A stretch of DNA of 64,000 bases from Auanema rhodensis. Its lineage: Eukaryota; Animalia; Nematoda. The stretch covers positions 7,874,001 through 7,938,000 of the forward strand of contig OZ059899.1 in assembly GCA_964057225.1 (NCBI GenBank), given 5' to 3'. A program made the translations under genes and the position numbers. Positions 36,761-52,400 of this stretch are shown in pieces. The notes under the pieces were generated by a model. The model was not told where the DNA came from. It made no database searches and saw only the letters and a list, made by a program, of their open reading frames with translations. Every line of letters begins with the position of its first letter. Positions within the stretch are counted from its first letter, which is position 1.

Positions 36761-39700
36761 AAGGATTCAAGTTGCGGATAAAAAACTGTAGTAGTAGCAG
36801 TAGCAGTAACAGTAGTTGTAGTATTAATAGTAATAACTAGTCTCAAGATTTCAAATTTGAAAACTGACTCATTGTTTCTTTTTCTAGAAGAATAGTAAAA
36901 ATATAAGCAAATAATGGATGCATAGATTGAATAAAACAACCGTATAATTAGCTATCATATTAGAAAATGAATCAAATGTGCACGTGTACGTGAACTTGAG
37001 CCTTGACCACATTCAGCACGTTATGTAAGGCTAATAGAAAAAATCAAAACGATCAAGAGTAGACAGAGTAATGCAACAAACGAACAAAGAAAAATTCGGA
37101 TGTTGGTTCGTATCGTGACGAATAAACGATGATGGACAACAATTTCTCTCGACTTTATGGTGTGGGTGGAAGATGATTACAGAAGAAGACGTCGTCGACG
37201 ACGACGATAACGAAAGAAAAGATAATGCACCCCAACCCTGTAACAGCTTAAGACCTTTTTCGCTTTGTATTTGGTGAACCTTATATTTTCGGTGAAGGGA
37301 ATATGTTTTGATTAATCAAGACGAATTGACAAAGATTTATAGAGACATAATAAGAAAGAATAATAGAAATATGGGAAAATAATAGTAGACATAAAGGAAT
37401 AAACATGAGAGATGTATTCGAAAAGGGGGGGGGGGAGAGGGACTGCATGGTCATTCCTCAGAAGTGTGCTCTCTTCAGATGAAGGACAACGCAGGTAAAA
37501 TGCTAAAATCATGACATTTATTTTGCATTTAGGACATATTGGCAATTAGACGAGAAAATTAACAAGAAGCCAGCTAAGTAGGGAATAAGCTTAGTTCGAG
37601 ACTGTTTACCAAATTGTTTTAGACAATAAAAGTGAGGAACTCGAACAACAAATATTTGTTCGTACCTGATCGGACAACTTCCTTTGGTTCTTGGCACGAA
37701 TCCTGTGTGTATGTAGTATGTAAGTATGTGTGTAAGACAGAGAGCGAAAGAAATAGGAAAAGAGAATGGCCGAGGAGGAGACAAAACGCGAAAGACGAGA
37801 TGATTACGAAGAGAAGAAAGCAATTTGTGAGAGGGTGAATGAAAAATTACTGCAAAATAGATCAGATGCTTTGTTGGTAAACAATCTGAACAACAAGAGA
37901 TCGATGATGATGATGTTATCTGATGATGAAAAATAAACGGTTCGTCTCTCGTTCTCTATATCTCTATCCCCTTTTTCTCTTCAGAATTAACGAAGACAGA
38001 AGCAGGAAAATGATAGATAGATGAAGACAGTATGAAATAAAGAGTAAGATATTGAAATTCGTATACTTCATCTTATTCAACACAGTAAGTAGTTAAACAA
38101 CTTTACTGGTAAGCTGACACGAGAACAATTTGATCAATGAATACCATGAATCTATATAAGATGCTGGTCAAATTTTTATAAGCAATTGGCTATATATTGC
38201 TTGTTTACTCCTATTTTAAATCGTTTCGAGTTTTTCCAGGTTGGAATAGTTATAGTTAAGATTTTGAAAAGAATGGCAAGAATGCAAACCATAACTAACA
38301 TTTATATTATTCTTTCTCATAATTCATATAATACGAAACGAAAATAGTTGGTAAAGAACAAGGAATCATAACATACGAAATGTTCTGGTTATTGAGGACA
38401 AACATTGATCTCTAAGATGTGAATGATCCATGTCAGCTTTATGAGGGTTCCCTTCTATTCCTCTCTTTCTCTCTCACTCTTTTTCTTTCTGTTTCCTTTT
38501 CCCACTTATTATTCCGCCACTTTTAGCATTAATATCCACTCTTATTGTGTTCAAATTTGTTGTCAATTTTCCCTCAAATTATATGAGAAAAATTAATTTT
38601 GTTTTCCCACAAAAATATCAGAGAAGCTTAATGTTGACCAACAACGAATAAAAGATGAACGTTCAAGCAACGAATTGGAACATACATGAACCTTCCAAGC
38701 TTTTGGGGAGAGGGGGGGGGGGGTCACGACCTTGGATGACAGGTTATTATAGGCTGAAATAGACAAATGGCATTTAAGAAAAGATTAAGTGAATAAAAAA
38801 TAGTGAATGGAAATAAAAAGGTGTGAATAATTAGAAAACAAGAAGCAAATGATATATAGGATCAAGAAAAAAAGAAATTAATACAAAATTATAACACAGT
38901 AAATAGCAATAATGTAACGTATATGATAAATTACATAATAGTATTAATACTTATAAAAATAATTATAAAGGATAAATACTTAGCACTTTTAATCTCAAGC
39001 ATGTATAAAGAATGAAGTGGTCCATATATGTGCATCTTCGTGAAAAATGGACAAATAATACAAGAATAAATTGAATGAAACAGTTTAAAAGGACATATAT
39101 CAGAGTAATAACATTTCGAAACTTCCTCTTTCCCATGTATTCAATAGTTAAGGAGCCATATAAGAAGAGACTAGATGTTTGACGGACGACAATCAAATGT
39201 GCATGGTATACTTTTTCTCATACTTTTTCTATTTTCTCTATCATTTTACAAATCTTTTTTTTAATGTTCTTGTTCTTTTGTTAATCTTATGTATAGGACT
39301 GACATAACATTACATAATAAAACTATTTGAAACCGAATGTCTCAAAACGAAAGAATGTTTTCCAGGAAAGGGTAAAGGTTATTGACCTCTCGGGGGTCTC
39401 CCTGTGAAAGAACCTCGAGGCAAGGTCTTTTAAACGGGATGGGATGAACCGTTTGTACTCTTGGGGCTACGTTCTCGCTAGTTTCTCTCCCACCCATGTG
39501 TGCATTCGCTTCGTCTCTCAATTTGAGTTAAATTGAATCCGAATCTATTATTAGTAATGGTTCAAACAAATAGTTACTATTGGTTTATGTTAGATTCTTA
39601 GAATTTGCAGATAGAAAGACGAATTAATGGCTTTGCCATGCTCAAATTGAGTTTAAGAATAGAATAAGAAGTGATTTTTAGAAGAAAAAAACAAGGAAAG

Positions 39701-42700
39701 GTACTACCTAGGAGTACTGACTTCAACTTGACAAAAAGGGCATCAAAAATTGTTCATAACCACGTTTAAAAACGATTGGAAAATATGAAAAATATTGAGA
39801 GGAGAAAAAGATGAAAAGAGTTAGCATACGGCAATGTATAGACGAGTCAATGAAGACCTATTTTTTCGGTCAGGACCGCACACAATGTGGCCGATAATCG
39901 AGATGAGGATTAGCTTGTACAGTTCGAAAAAGACTATTAAAACGACAGAGTCAGTTATCTCGGTGCCAGCCGCCGGCGACCACACGAAAGATAGTTTGCC
40001 AGAATAAGATAGACAAGGCGACAAATGAAGCTTCCACCGAGAAAGAAAATGCTAGGAAGAGAGCGATATCTCGAACGGAGAGAGCCAAGCGCATGCTCCT
40101 TGTGCATGCTTCGTGTGCATACAAATATACAAATACATAAATACACTATATTAAGATTTGCAAGTAGTTTATAAAATGCATACTTTTAGTTTGATTATGC
40201 TCAAGTTTACAACTATCAAATGGACCACCGGAAGATCAACGAGAAACAGGTCGATTTCTCCGAAGTTTCCGATAATGAGTTGTGCTATATTGCGCGAAAG
40301 CTTCAGAAATAGAAGAAATAATCAAGCCATAATAGAATCAGCCTTAGTTTTCGAATGAAGAAAGAGTCAGAAAGAGAGAGAAACAGAGCTAAATATAGAT
40401 AATTATTGTTGCGGGAAGAGCCATTAATCCAAAGGCATGCACAGTTGTTTATCTATACACACAGTTAATTTATTTATGATTGTTATCAAACTAAAGAGAA
40501 TATATAACATCGTTGAAGGTCAACTGACCCACTAACCAGCCGGCACCACACTGGCAGTTAGTGCTGTCAGTGGCGAGAAATACATGATGATGACCTTTCT
40601 ATGTGTTCTGATGAAAATGATGATGTTGATGCGTATATATAATCTATATGTATGTGTATGTGTGTATTCCAGCTTAAATGGTTTAGTAAACTTCCGTTTG
40701 AATTTAAATTAAATCTCGAATAGTTTCTTAAAGTGCTCTTTGATTACGCTGTCTTTATGAATTCATTAGTTTAAAGATTCAAACTTAATATTAGAAAGGA
40801 TTGAGGCAATAATACGAGGTAAAATGAGAAGATCGTAGAGAGCAAATCATACTTTAAAAAGAAAAATGAATGTAATTATCAATATAGTTTAAATAAAAGT
40901 TGAGTATAGTAGATGAATGCAAATATACAGCCAGTGGTCATCGATAATGAATCATGAAGCAATTGCACAAATGATTTTATGAGTAAGAATTCGATCGAAT
41001 TATAAGAGCATTGCGAAATTCAGCTTGCAACAGTCCGTTTCTAGTGTTTGAAAGTAGCAAAACTGGCTTCGATGAATGACAGCGAAATAATTTTTCTCTC
41101 AAACGTACTTATACAAATAGATTGAAAATACCATGTGGATGAGAAAAAAAGAAACAGCGAAGTTCAAGAAAAGCTTATTCAATGACCAGCTTAGTGCTCC
41201 AGAAGCCTAACGAGCTTAATCCGAAAAAAATTCACAAATCAATAAATGGAATTGGATTCCGCAAAGCTGCGGTAAAATAAAAAGTACGGAGAAACGGAAA
41301 GTAATAATGCTCATTGCTTCTCAACAAGCAGAGTAGCATGACTCGAACAAACAGCATGAACGGCTCGCTTGTTATGTGAAGCGGAAGAGGTCATCCGGAA
41401 TTCCGGAAACGCCATGAACTGAACGAACGAAGCTCAGCAAATGAGATTATAAGAGGATATATTTATATGAAATGTATGTTATTTTTCGAAATTGATATTT
41501 TCAGCTGCAAAATGAAGGGTAAGGAAGCGGACAAAAAAAAGAGGGGAGCGTGGGGGATCTCGAGACAACTGAAATATGGGCGGCGCTAGACCTTGAACTA
41601 TCCCTGCGGGTGCCTGTCTGTACAACCATTTTCACATCTCAGTTTTCCATGTAGTCCCTCTCTCTTCTTCAGTATCGTCGTGGTCGTCTTGGCTAGCACC
41701 AGCACCACCAGCAATATCATCCGAAACTCTCGCCTGAACTGTCTGTTCAAAATTTTATTCTATCGAATGAACAGTGACAGCGACAAACTCGTACAGAAGA
41801 AGTCACACAGAAATCTTTCGTCATCATCGTCACTGTTCATCTGAAGATTTCGAAAGGGAGCAAAATACTAGTGTTTGGGAGATGGAACAGAGGATGGATG
41901 GCTGTTGGAAGGGATCGATCTACTATGAGTGCGATCTGTTAATAAACAAGAAAGACAACAATCTATTAGTTTAGATATTCTGATAGTCATCAGATAACCA
42001 TCACATAATCTAAGGACAGATTAAAAATATATTATAAAAGCTAAGATATACCTTATTTTGACAATGTGTTACTTATTTTGAAAAAAAGGCTTATGATATT
42101 GCTTTGAATTTTTTTGTGAAAACGCCTGACTAGCTAATGTCTTTGCAGTCCGGCTGACGAACCATAACAAAACAAACAAAGCCATTAATTAAAAAATTTG
42201 AACACGAAAGAACCTCGGGTGGCTATTTATGACAAATTTTAATCAATGTGGAACATGAAAATAGAAGCTATTGTTCGAAACTATAAAAGTTCAGCTTCAG
42301 ATTAGTGAACAGTTTGAAAATTTATACTTCAAAAGCAAGAACGGATGGACCTTTAGCTCGCTGTCCTTTAGTAGTCAGAAAAGCGACATAGTGCCCTTGT
42401 GATTGCCGGCTAGGCTGACGTCGTACACACACATGCATATACATATAGATTGAACATCTGAATCATACGACAAGCAAACAGAGAAGTGTTAAATGCATGA
42501 AGAATTCAATTGTATAGATGGATTTAGTTTGAAAATCCAATTCGCAAACCTCTTAATTCATCAAGTGAAAACGCCTAAGAGCTTAAGTTCTTTGACCAGG
42601 AATGAGTAAATTTAAAAGTTTATTTTGCAGAATGTTTTCTAAAATATATCAAAAGACATTCACGTGGGATTGATATTTCTTTTGGAAAACGTTTGATTCC

Positions 42701-44630
42701 AAAATAAGTTTCTACTACGACTATAATTTACACAAGAAAATCGGATCTTGTCCGGTAAATAACGCGAGCCTGAAACTGGAACGCAATATTTCTGAAGTTA
42801 GTCAATAACAACAGTATAAGGAAGCACGAGACATCAGCTGCAAAACAGTCTTCTTGAGCTGATAAATCTTATTAGTATATAGTATCAAGAATGTCCGAAC
42901 AAATCTTCGTCAGAATGATATCGAATTGAGGGGAATTATAGAAGAGTGTCATGAGTAGATACTTTGAGTAGAATACGTCAAGGAGAGAACATAAGAACTG
43001 CCTCGTAAGACTGCTTTAGTTGAGAAATTGAAGCAGACGTTCGATAAGCAATACTCAGCACATCAACGCTGTCTTCAACATCGTGCTAAGCAATCAGTTT
43101 GATTACCACGAACAATAATTAATGGACACAAGGACATATTTTTATAACAGAATAACACATCATTCAATTAAGAAAAGAATGCTTACATAAATAACACTAA
43201 ATAAGTTGAATATGATACCAAATTCAGACAAAAAATGAATATATATATATTTATCGTTTTCTATTTTAGATGAGCGACAACAGAATTTCGCTTCCAGTCA
43301 ACTTATTCAAGCGCAAGACGTATGCGAGAATGTTGTCCATGCAATTATACACAAATCAATAAGAACTATAAAATAATTATGCAGGACGTTTGCATAAGCA
43401 AACGTTCGGAAATTCAATGATGATTTGCATACCAAGTTAGCTTTTATGCTAATTTTTATCAATTTGAATGATTGCGTAACAAATGCTTACGAATCTCGCC
43501 ATTCTGGTCATATCTCTAAGTTGGCAGGCTTTCTCTCAGAGCGAAAGCTGGTCGTCTTGCTTTATAGGATTTAGGCGCAAAGAGAGAAATTGGATTGAAG
43601 TAAATGAAGACAATTTTCTTTGATAGCGCGTGGATCATTACTGCTGGAAAAGCAATTACTGTCCCTTAATAGTATACTAGCTATTATATTAATCGCAAGT
43701 AGTCCCATGGGAAGGAGAAATTTCAACAAAGAGACAAGGAAGATGAGCTGGCGCCAAAGAGAGAAAGGCATATGAAGGTAGTGAGAAAGAGAAATGTTAC
43801 CAAATGAAAAATATGTGGCAGTTACTCATCTGGTGCTTTTCAAAAGAAATAGTTGAATTAAGCATAGTTTAAGAAGTGTCAGTTTAAGTAATGGGCACAT
43901 CTTTCTCATTTTTATCTCTAATTACCGGATTAGCTTAAATGTGTTTACACCATAAGCTTAATGAATCTTGTGAACATTTGGAATTAGAAGAATATTAACT
44001 AAGTCGTGTGAAATATAGCCAATAAATGGAAATTAATGTCACAAAACTAAGAAATAAACAAATATTTGCTTAATCGAAATATTCCTTTTCGGTTTGCTTA
44101 GAAAAACTCGGATTGTTTTAATAGGAATAATCAGAGTGTTAAAAACTTCGAAAATTTGAAATTCATAAAAGCTAGTTTAAATTTTTATCCAGAATTGAAG
44201 CATCGAAACTAACACCGAAAAAAAAGAAAAATGACAGAGAATACAACCAAATCCACACAATTGAATTTTTCCAAAATCAAATATCAACTTAAACTACAAA
44301 CAAACTACTGTATTAAAAAATAGTTCATAAAGCTGAGAACTCTTCGGAAGAAGAAGACCTCATCTGTAGTAAACATTAAGTTGAACAACCGGGAGCAAAT
44401 GATCCCGTCACGACAGACTTTTTTTATTTTGGCGCCAATCTAATTGATCTCCTTGATCTTTATTCTATATATACTTGGGGCTATTCTAGAGAGTTAGAAA
44501 AGGGAATTATTATATCGTAAAATTATATAATTATATCTCGTATAATTGGTTTGATGGTTTATACGAATTAATATGTTATTAATTTATTAAAATATTTTTA
44601 ATTGTTATGTAAAAAGAATTATCTTCAGTT

Positions 44631-45545
44631 ATGTCGCACTACGAAGATACATATGCTATTCCTAGCGCTCCAGGAGATAACCGCCCCTTAATTATGAACG
44701 GGTAAGTAAAGATAGGCTTGTCTGTTTGAAATTGTATTCACAGTGTTGGCAGCACTGTGATTGTTATGGAGGATGAAGAATATAAAAGAACTTGCTGCTG
44801 TAGCACAAAGGTTATTTCATTTCAAATGCATTTAAAAGTTTATGCTTTTTAGTTCGTTGCAAGCTTATTTTTGTTAGCAACAACAGTTGGAGTTGCATCT
44901 AAGTATATTGTTTTTGGATATGATAGGGAGTTGTCAGCTAGTGCGACTATTCTTAATTTAGATGGATTTTTTGAAGGGTATTACGTCAAGGTATACTAGC
45001 TTTTTTGTGAAGATTTTGTATTATTTCTGTTTTTCTATAGACATATTTCATGATTTTCCATGTTTTATGTCAAGCTGGTTTGTTTATGACTGTGATTAGT
45101 CAAAAAAGACAATTTTTGATTCCATTCATTTTGAACCAGGTAGCTTTATAAAATTCAGTTTATGTTTTATTGGTTTAATTCAGGTTTTTTTAATAACACT
45201 TGAATTAATTGTTGTTATAACTTGCATAGTTTTTGCCGCTTCTAATAGTATTACAAGAATAACTGATGGTTGTGAGATTGTACTTCAGGAATTTATTCCA
45301 GGCCATTTTGTTAATATAATCATCAACCACGGTAAGTATATATTTTTTTAATAGTTAACCTTTTTTTCTAGGTGATCTCATGATTGTTGTTTCTGCCGCT
45401 TTCCTCTGTACATTAATGATTTTAATTAATACATGTATGCTATCTATACTTAACCGGTAAAACATTTCAATAGTTTTTGAGAATAATAATAATTTAATTC
45501 AGATTATACCGTTACTATCGATTCGTGTCATTCTATCGTCTATAA
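44631..45545 (+). CDS. Small four-transmembrane protein (LAPTM-like layout), 7 exons
   Basis: MSHYEDTYAIPSAPG..YKRTCCCSTK then four hydrophobic segments, including VISQKRQFLIPFILNQ, and ending LYRYYRFVSFYRL*; ttcag acceptor before the ATG; exons join in frame. Confidence 0.75.
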
Positions 45546-48500
45546 ACTTTTATATTTTGCATGTTCTATCGATATTACTGTGTCGTTATTAATTTGTTTT
45601 AATGCTGAAAAGGCAGTCAAATTACTGCATGCTTATCATTTTGTTATAATATTAATCATTGCTTTAAGCTTCAATTTTTATCGCATTTGTCAATCTTTAT
45701 ACGGTAAATATGTATGTGAATAAATCTTCTGTGATTATAAAGTGTTTAATGTGTTAAGAAAAGATTCACTTTAAATCTGAATTTGAAGCTGAACATTAAT
45801 AGATTTCACTACTCTGGATGCCAGATTGGAATATAGATGCTACGGTTCAGGTTTATGGACGAAATAATTTCTCTGCTTTGTTTCCGGTACACCTTTCAAT
45901 CATGTAGATAGAGGAGCGTGAGAGGATTTTCTTCCATCTGCGGTGTTTTTGATTTCGGTTTTTATTTTTTGTTTAATGTCAATGGCGTACGATATAGATT
46001 GATATCGTGGTTGTCTGATATTATAGGACACTGCATGTCGTTTACAGTAATTCTTATGTATCTTCTGCGAGTTTGCCTGCGGTCTCTCTGCGAAAGTCGT
46101 AAGATAAAGCTTTTTGTCTTGAATGTAATTAATTCAAGGGCAGATTTTGTACTAAAAACTCTTCTCGTTTATCCGCCTCAGTGAAATCGAGCTTTTCTTC
46201 TCTTGTTCCGCCGATAAGCAATTTGGATGAAACACGATGTTCCATCATGTGGAATTACGAACATTGCATGTAGATATTTTTTTATAAACAGTTAATAGAC
46301 TTAGTTGATTCATGGAATAATCGAATCAACCCTGCGGGATATCTTATTCTCCAGCAGAGCACTCTTAATTCATTTTTTTACAATTTAAGATATGAAGAGA
46401 GAAGTATATGCTTAGAAATTTTATAGTTGCCCAACTTATGAACTTATTAGAAACATTCGAGTAATTAGTTTCAAAAGTATCTGATGTTTTGATCTTAAGC
46501 GCGAATGCGTAGATAATGTTTTGTAATTGTTTAGTTTTTTATAGTATTCGATAGAAAGTAAAATGTTATCTGATGGTAAAGGAATGTAGAGATCGGTAGT
46601 TTTACTTTTTCATTGTAACGAAAACTTTGTTTCATATGCCACAATTTTGCTATTAGACTGCTCTATAAGTAGTTAATATGGGTGGCCATCGTCAGTAAAT
46701 CTAACATGCTTTCTATCTCTTTAAAGGTTCTTTGTTAGTTTTTTTTGTCATCTTATTCGATCATTTTACTATATTCAATCAGGGATTGTTCAACATCGTT
46801 TTTGTAACAACGTCATTTAACGTTTGGCCTTGCTTTATTTTTTCTAGTTTGTTTATGGATTATCTAATAAGGAAATTATATCAAATAGCAGGTTTATTCT
46901 TGGGAATCAGAAGGAAAGAGGAAGGTGTATTTGACTGTCTTGCTATGAAGGCTTCTCATTCATAGAACTTGAAGAAAACCTATTTCTTCTCTACAACTGA
47001 TGTTTAAAACTATTGCATTATATTGATAGTGGAACGTGTCCATTATACTGAGGTCCAGTGGAACTATGAGGGAAAAAAGTTTCTGTTCATTCAAAGATAT
47101 GACCTGTGATAATTATTTGAAGTATCAAAATACGGTTATAAGCACAAAATAGTCGACCAAAAATGAAAGAAAAAGTGTAAAGCCCATACTTATAACAACA
47201 GATGGAAGTCCCCTACTTGGTATCTAGAATGTAACCATTAGATTGTGTAAAGCTTGCTGATATGACCTTTTGCCAGTTAAGGTTGGATCATTTGGGGAAT
47301 TCTGATATATGTCTAGAAAGGAAATGAAAGTAGAATAATGAATGAGGAATTAGAAATTGTCTATTGGAGCGAAGGCGGAGGATGTCAGCAAGACGAACAA
47401 CAAGAGTTGATGCCCATAACAGGCCGTGGCTTTCTCTTATTACAACATCTCTACATCTGTCGTGCTGACTAACTTTTCCTTGCTAGATCTAAAACAGAAG
47501 AAAAAGACATAGAAAACGTAAGAAAACTCTGAAGAAGTTCAACAGTAAAAAACGAAAGTTGTCACCGATGGAAGAAAGTGGAAACCTTCTTTAGATTAGG
47601 CGAGACTGACTGGCTGAGCGGCATGCGCTTCTTTCAGATCATTCATGTTACCCAGATAGTATTATGGTGTTAAGCTATTTCTACAATTTTGTGTGAATCT
47701 CATTTATATCTCTGTATTCAACATAAAATATTTCAAATCACTGTCCTCTATCACCATACTTAACAACATTTCTCGGAGTATCGTTTCCAATTTTATATTT
47801 TGCTGTCACAACCATTAAATCTATATATTATATAGATTTAAAATTTGACTCATCTTTATCTTAATCTCCAATTCATAAAGTACTCAATAGTCAAAACTAT
47901 TTCAATAATGCGCTGGGGGCTACCTCTTATATCGACTCACTTCATGTAGGTTATCTAGTTTCCTCTATTTGTCGGACTGTTCTTAAGACACGTTTTAAAT
48001 TTTTTTTAAGGTCCACAACGCTTGATTTTAGCCAGTTCGAGAAATAGAAAAATTGCTCTTACATCATTAAGCTTCAATCATAGCTTAGTGGATATTCTCG
48101 ATTATCCGGTCATTTTCCAAATGTTTCTAGTTCATGTTTCATAGTTACATTTAATTTTATTTTTATTCTGATTATTATAAACGATTCTCAGTTCCTGTTT
48201 CATTTTAATTATATTACTTTTAATAAGCTTTAACAAAGCATTCTCTTATTTCTCTATCTACTCGTAACCATTTTAAACTTTTCTTACATAAAAGGACACA
48301 GTTCAAATTGGCCAACCTTTTGAAGAAAATTGAGCGTTCCTTTTACTAACTGGCTTACCTATCATCGTGCTGAAAATCAAAGCATAAAAAATGGACACAC
48401 AGATCGTTTAAGAAGAGTAAATGGTCGCTAAAGGGAAAGTACGTTGTTAATTATACTGAATAGTCATAAAGTAAAGCAGTTGCATATATTAAATGTTTAA

Positions 48501-49478
48501 TTTAACCAATTGTAGTCGTCGAAAAGTTTACTATACGTATAATCCAAGAAATATATGTATGTATAGAATGCTTCAATGCTTTATTGCTATAACTATAATT
48601 CGATTATCAATACTTAATTATATCATCAGTTTAATACCCAGTATTGAACTTTCTTACAATTTCTATACAAATGTATTTTTAATCATAAAACATCAAAATA
48701 GTTTTGTAGCTCTTACTAGTTATGTCGTCCTACTATTAGTACCACCGGCAACATTAAGACATCTATTTTTCTGATCATTCATGATTTTATAAAAAGTCAA
48801 ATGTACTTGATTCTTAAGCTCTATTTCTGTTAACATTTGTCTGCTGAGAATCTCGAAATTTAAGAGATCAACGTTCGTATCAACTTATCCAACCTTCCGT
48901 TCAAATTATTGACCAATATTATGTTACACAACAAATTTCTTTGTTTGATTTTCATGTTACAAAATACCTGGAGGACATCGAAGGTCAACTCATTAAAGCG
49001 CTATTGATAGTCTTATTTGAGATTTTACATGAGCATGTCAAATAACAATTCAATTTAGCGTTCCTCAGGCTTTTCATTTTAACATTTCTCGTACTTTTTT
49101 TGTTCAATTGAGGTGACATCACCTTGGATGTATACCTCTATACATACATGTATTTGATGTACATGTTTAATATTCCTTCTATATATGAGGCTAATTCAAA
49201 TCAAAAGATATGTGAGAAAATGATTTAAATGGCGTTGACCTTAACAAACGTTTCTGATACATTTTCTTCCTTGTTCCAGTGTTTTTTGTTTCGAACAAAA
49301 TGCCCTTCAAGCTTTGTCTTCATATTACAATGTTATTTTTATTTCCTACTTATTTATTAATATCGATATATATATATATATATATATATATTTATTTATT
49401 TATTTATGTGTTTATTTAGATTTAGATAAATTAGGAAATTCGACTAGTTCAATTTATTGCGTAATTCCTCGTAATGCA

Positions 49479-52400
49479 ATGAAGACAATTTCAACATTGA
49501 GGATAATTTCAATTTTTCTTTTAATTCAGGTAATTATGCTTTAAACTATAACTATATACATATATATATATATATATATATTTAAATTATTTTCTATCTA
49601 AACAAGGAATAAAATGATTTCTGCTTTACCTTGGAAAAATAAATCACCTGATGTATTACCGTTGGACTAGTAAAAACGATGAACGCTTACTTGCCTTTCA
49701 TTTACAATCAAGGAAACTGTTTTTGCAAAGTCTTATTAGAAAATTAGACTTTTCTACGATATTTATCAACTAGTTCATATTGAGAAAACAGAGAGAATAC
49801 AATGCTAGTAATTTTCTAGAAAATGTTTGAGAACTATTCAAAGTTTAAAAGATCTGTTAAAATTCAAATAGAAACAACCGTTCAAACAAAAGATAATAAT
49901 AATAAAACGTTTTATTTTCACGTAAAATTAGTAAAATAAGAAAAGGTGAGTTGTTCAGAAGAAAATTAAAAAAAACTTTTTTAAATAAAAAGAATCAATA
50001 CAGCTAATTAGGAAAATACATAAACTTTCATTAAATTCAAACATTTTAAAATTTTAGATATCGCTTTGTGTCCATCATGACATGGACAATTTAATGTTGC
50101 ATCACATTTTCGGCACTCGGAGTCCGAGTAAAGGTAATAATGATTAATTTTTCAATTTAATTTGTAAAAAAAATATATTTTCTAGTTCCTGAATATTGGC
50201 TTGATTCTCCAAAGCAATCATTTTCTGGAAAAGGTTTTTTCTATGATGTGACAATCGATGGCAAAATAGAACGTTTTTGGCTCGAACCAAAAAATGAAAT
50301 TTTAGCATCACGTATGTATAATTCCCATATGGAAAAGAAATCTAAAATTTTTAAATTGAAATAAAATTATTTTTTAGATTTTCACATGGTTATCGATAAT
50401 GAGGAAAACTCAACCATATCGGACTATTCTAGTCGTGAACATCATTGCTTGTATCAAGGCTATTCTTTAACACATAATGGTTCCACAATTGCTTTGTCAG
50501 GTTGTGGAGAAAAATTGGTTTGTTGCTTGAGCTTCAAAGAAAATACTTTCCTGTTTTTTATTCAGCATGGTCTTATGATCTCAGAATGGGGTGAATATTA
50601 TTTGATTCAACCAGAACGGGTTAAAATTCCCAAACATGGCAATAATTCGAAACATATTATTCAAAAACGATCCGCAGGTCGTATTCATGATCAGCATACG
50701 TGCTTGTTTGGTAAGAAACTTTGTGACATGACTGTTTTTTCATATTATTGTTTGAGATGCTTCACAAGATCCTTATCCAAATGATATATTTGAATCTAGA
50801 ATACATAATTTAATGGAAACAAAAATGGCAGTTTTGAAGTATGATTCAGATTTGCTTAATTAAGTTCTAATTAATTATATAAATATTTAGATCGGGTGAT
50901 ATGACAATTGAATTAGCTGTATTTGCTGATGATGCATTATGGAGACATTTTCTTCAGCTTCATCACCAAAATGCGGATGCAGAGTTGCATAAATTCATAT
51001 TGGCAGCTGTTAATAATGTAAATTCTAAATTCAAAGAAAATAAAAAAAACCATTTTAACAGATTGATATTCTTTTTACCCAGCGATCAATTGAACCTCGT
51101 ATTGATATTCGTGTAGTTCGATATCATGTTATGAAATCTCCACCAGTAAGCTTCGTTACTGATTATGAATAATCAAAATTATTAAAATTAAGAAATCAAT
51201 GGCGTATAATATGCACTCATCTGGAGATGTTGATAAACTATTGGATGCGTTTTGTGAATTCCAACATAGTATCAATCCTCCAGGTGATGATGACCCTAGG
51301 CATTGGGATCATGCTCTATTATTCTCGGGGTAATCTATACGAATCCAAAATATGAGATTTTGATGAATTTTTGTGAATCTTCAGATATGATTTATATCGT
51401 GATGGCTTGAAAACAGTTGCTGGATATGCTCCTGTAAAAGGAATGTGTAGCGGACAGCGTTCATGCACCATCAATGAAGGATTAGATTTCGGAAGTGTTT
51501 TCGTTGTTACACATGAGATGGGCCACAGGTATGATTGTTTTCATGGTTTAACTTCACATAAAATGAAACTTGTTTCAGCCTTGGAATGTATCATGATGGT
51601 GACAATGAATGTGATCTTCGTTGTTGTATTATGAGTCCATCAGTCGGTTCAGGAAAAACGCGATGGAGTCACTGTTCAGTGAATGAAATGTCTTCCTTTT
51701 TGGGGGTATACCAAGAGAATATTATATTTATAATTATATTTATAATTATTAAAATATCATTCAAAAGAATTATTTCAATTATTTTCAGCGATTAGGCTCC
51801 GATTTTCGTTCACCAAATTGCTTACTTGATTATCCTGTTGAAGAACAAGATATGATATTTACTGATAAGGTGTGTACAGAAGTAATTAGAAAAATATATT
51901 TATATTCATAGGATAATCCTGGGCAAATCTTCACATTAGACGAGCAATGTGAAATTTTTCATGGTGAATGTTGGGGTCATGAATTAAAAGATGGACAACG
52001 TTTGGAGGTTTATCTAAAGTTCAATTTAACAACAGTTTTTAATGTTTAAATTATAGGATGTATGTTCAATCATTTGGTGTGGAAATGGTGAAGGTATTAT
52101 CAGAACTGCACATCCAGCTTTAGAAGGAAGTTACTGTGGGTCCGGAAAAGTAGTTGATCTTAGAAGAATATTTGAACTTTATTATTCTTTACAGCAATGC
52201 CGTTCTGGAATGTGCATTGAGAGCCATCGAACATTACCAGTAGTCCATGGTGGTTGGTCAGATTGGAACGACAGTCCTGGCTCATCTTGTGGTGGCCAAT
52301 GCCTCCCGTGTGAAATTCAGGGTCAAATTCGAGTTCGACGTAGTATTCGTCAGTGTAATCGTCCAAGGTATTCAAAAAATCACGTTTTTAATATATCGTT

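Noticed and set aside
42820-43105. Coding-like coiled-coil frame with stops (similar stretch at 45800-46260 on the minus strand)
   Set aside because: No recognisable motif; cannot be distinguished from decayed repeat or chance.
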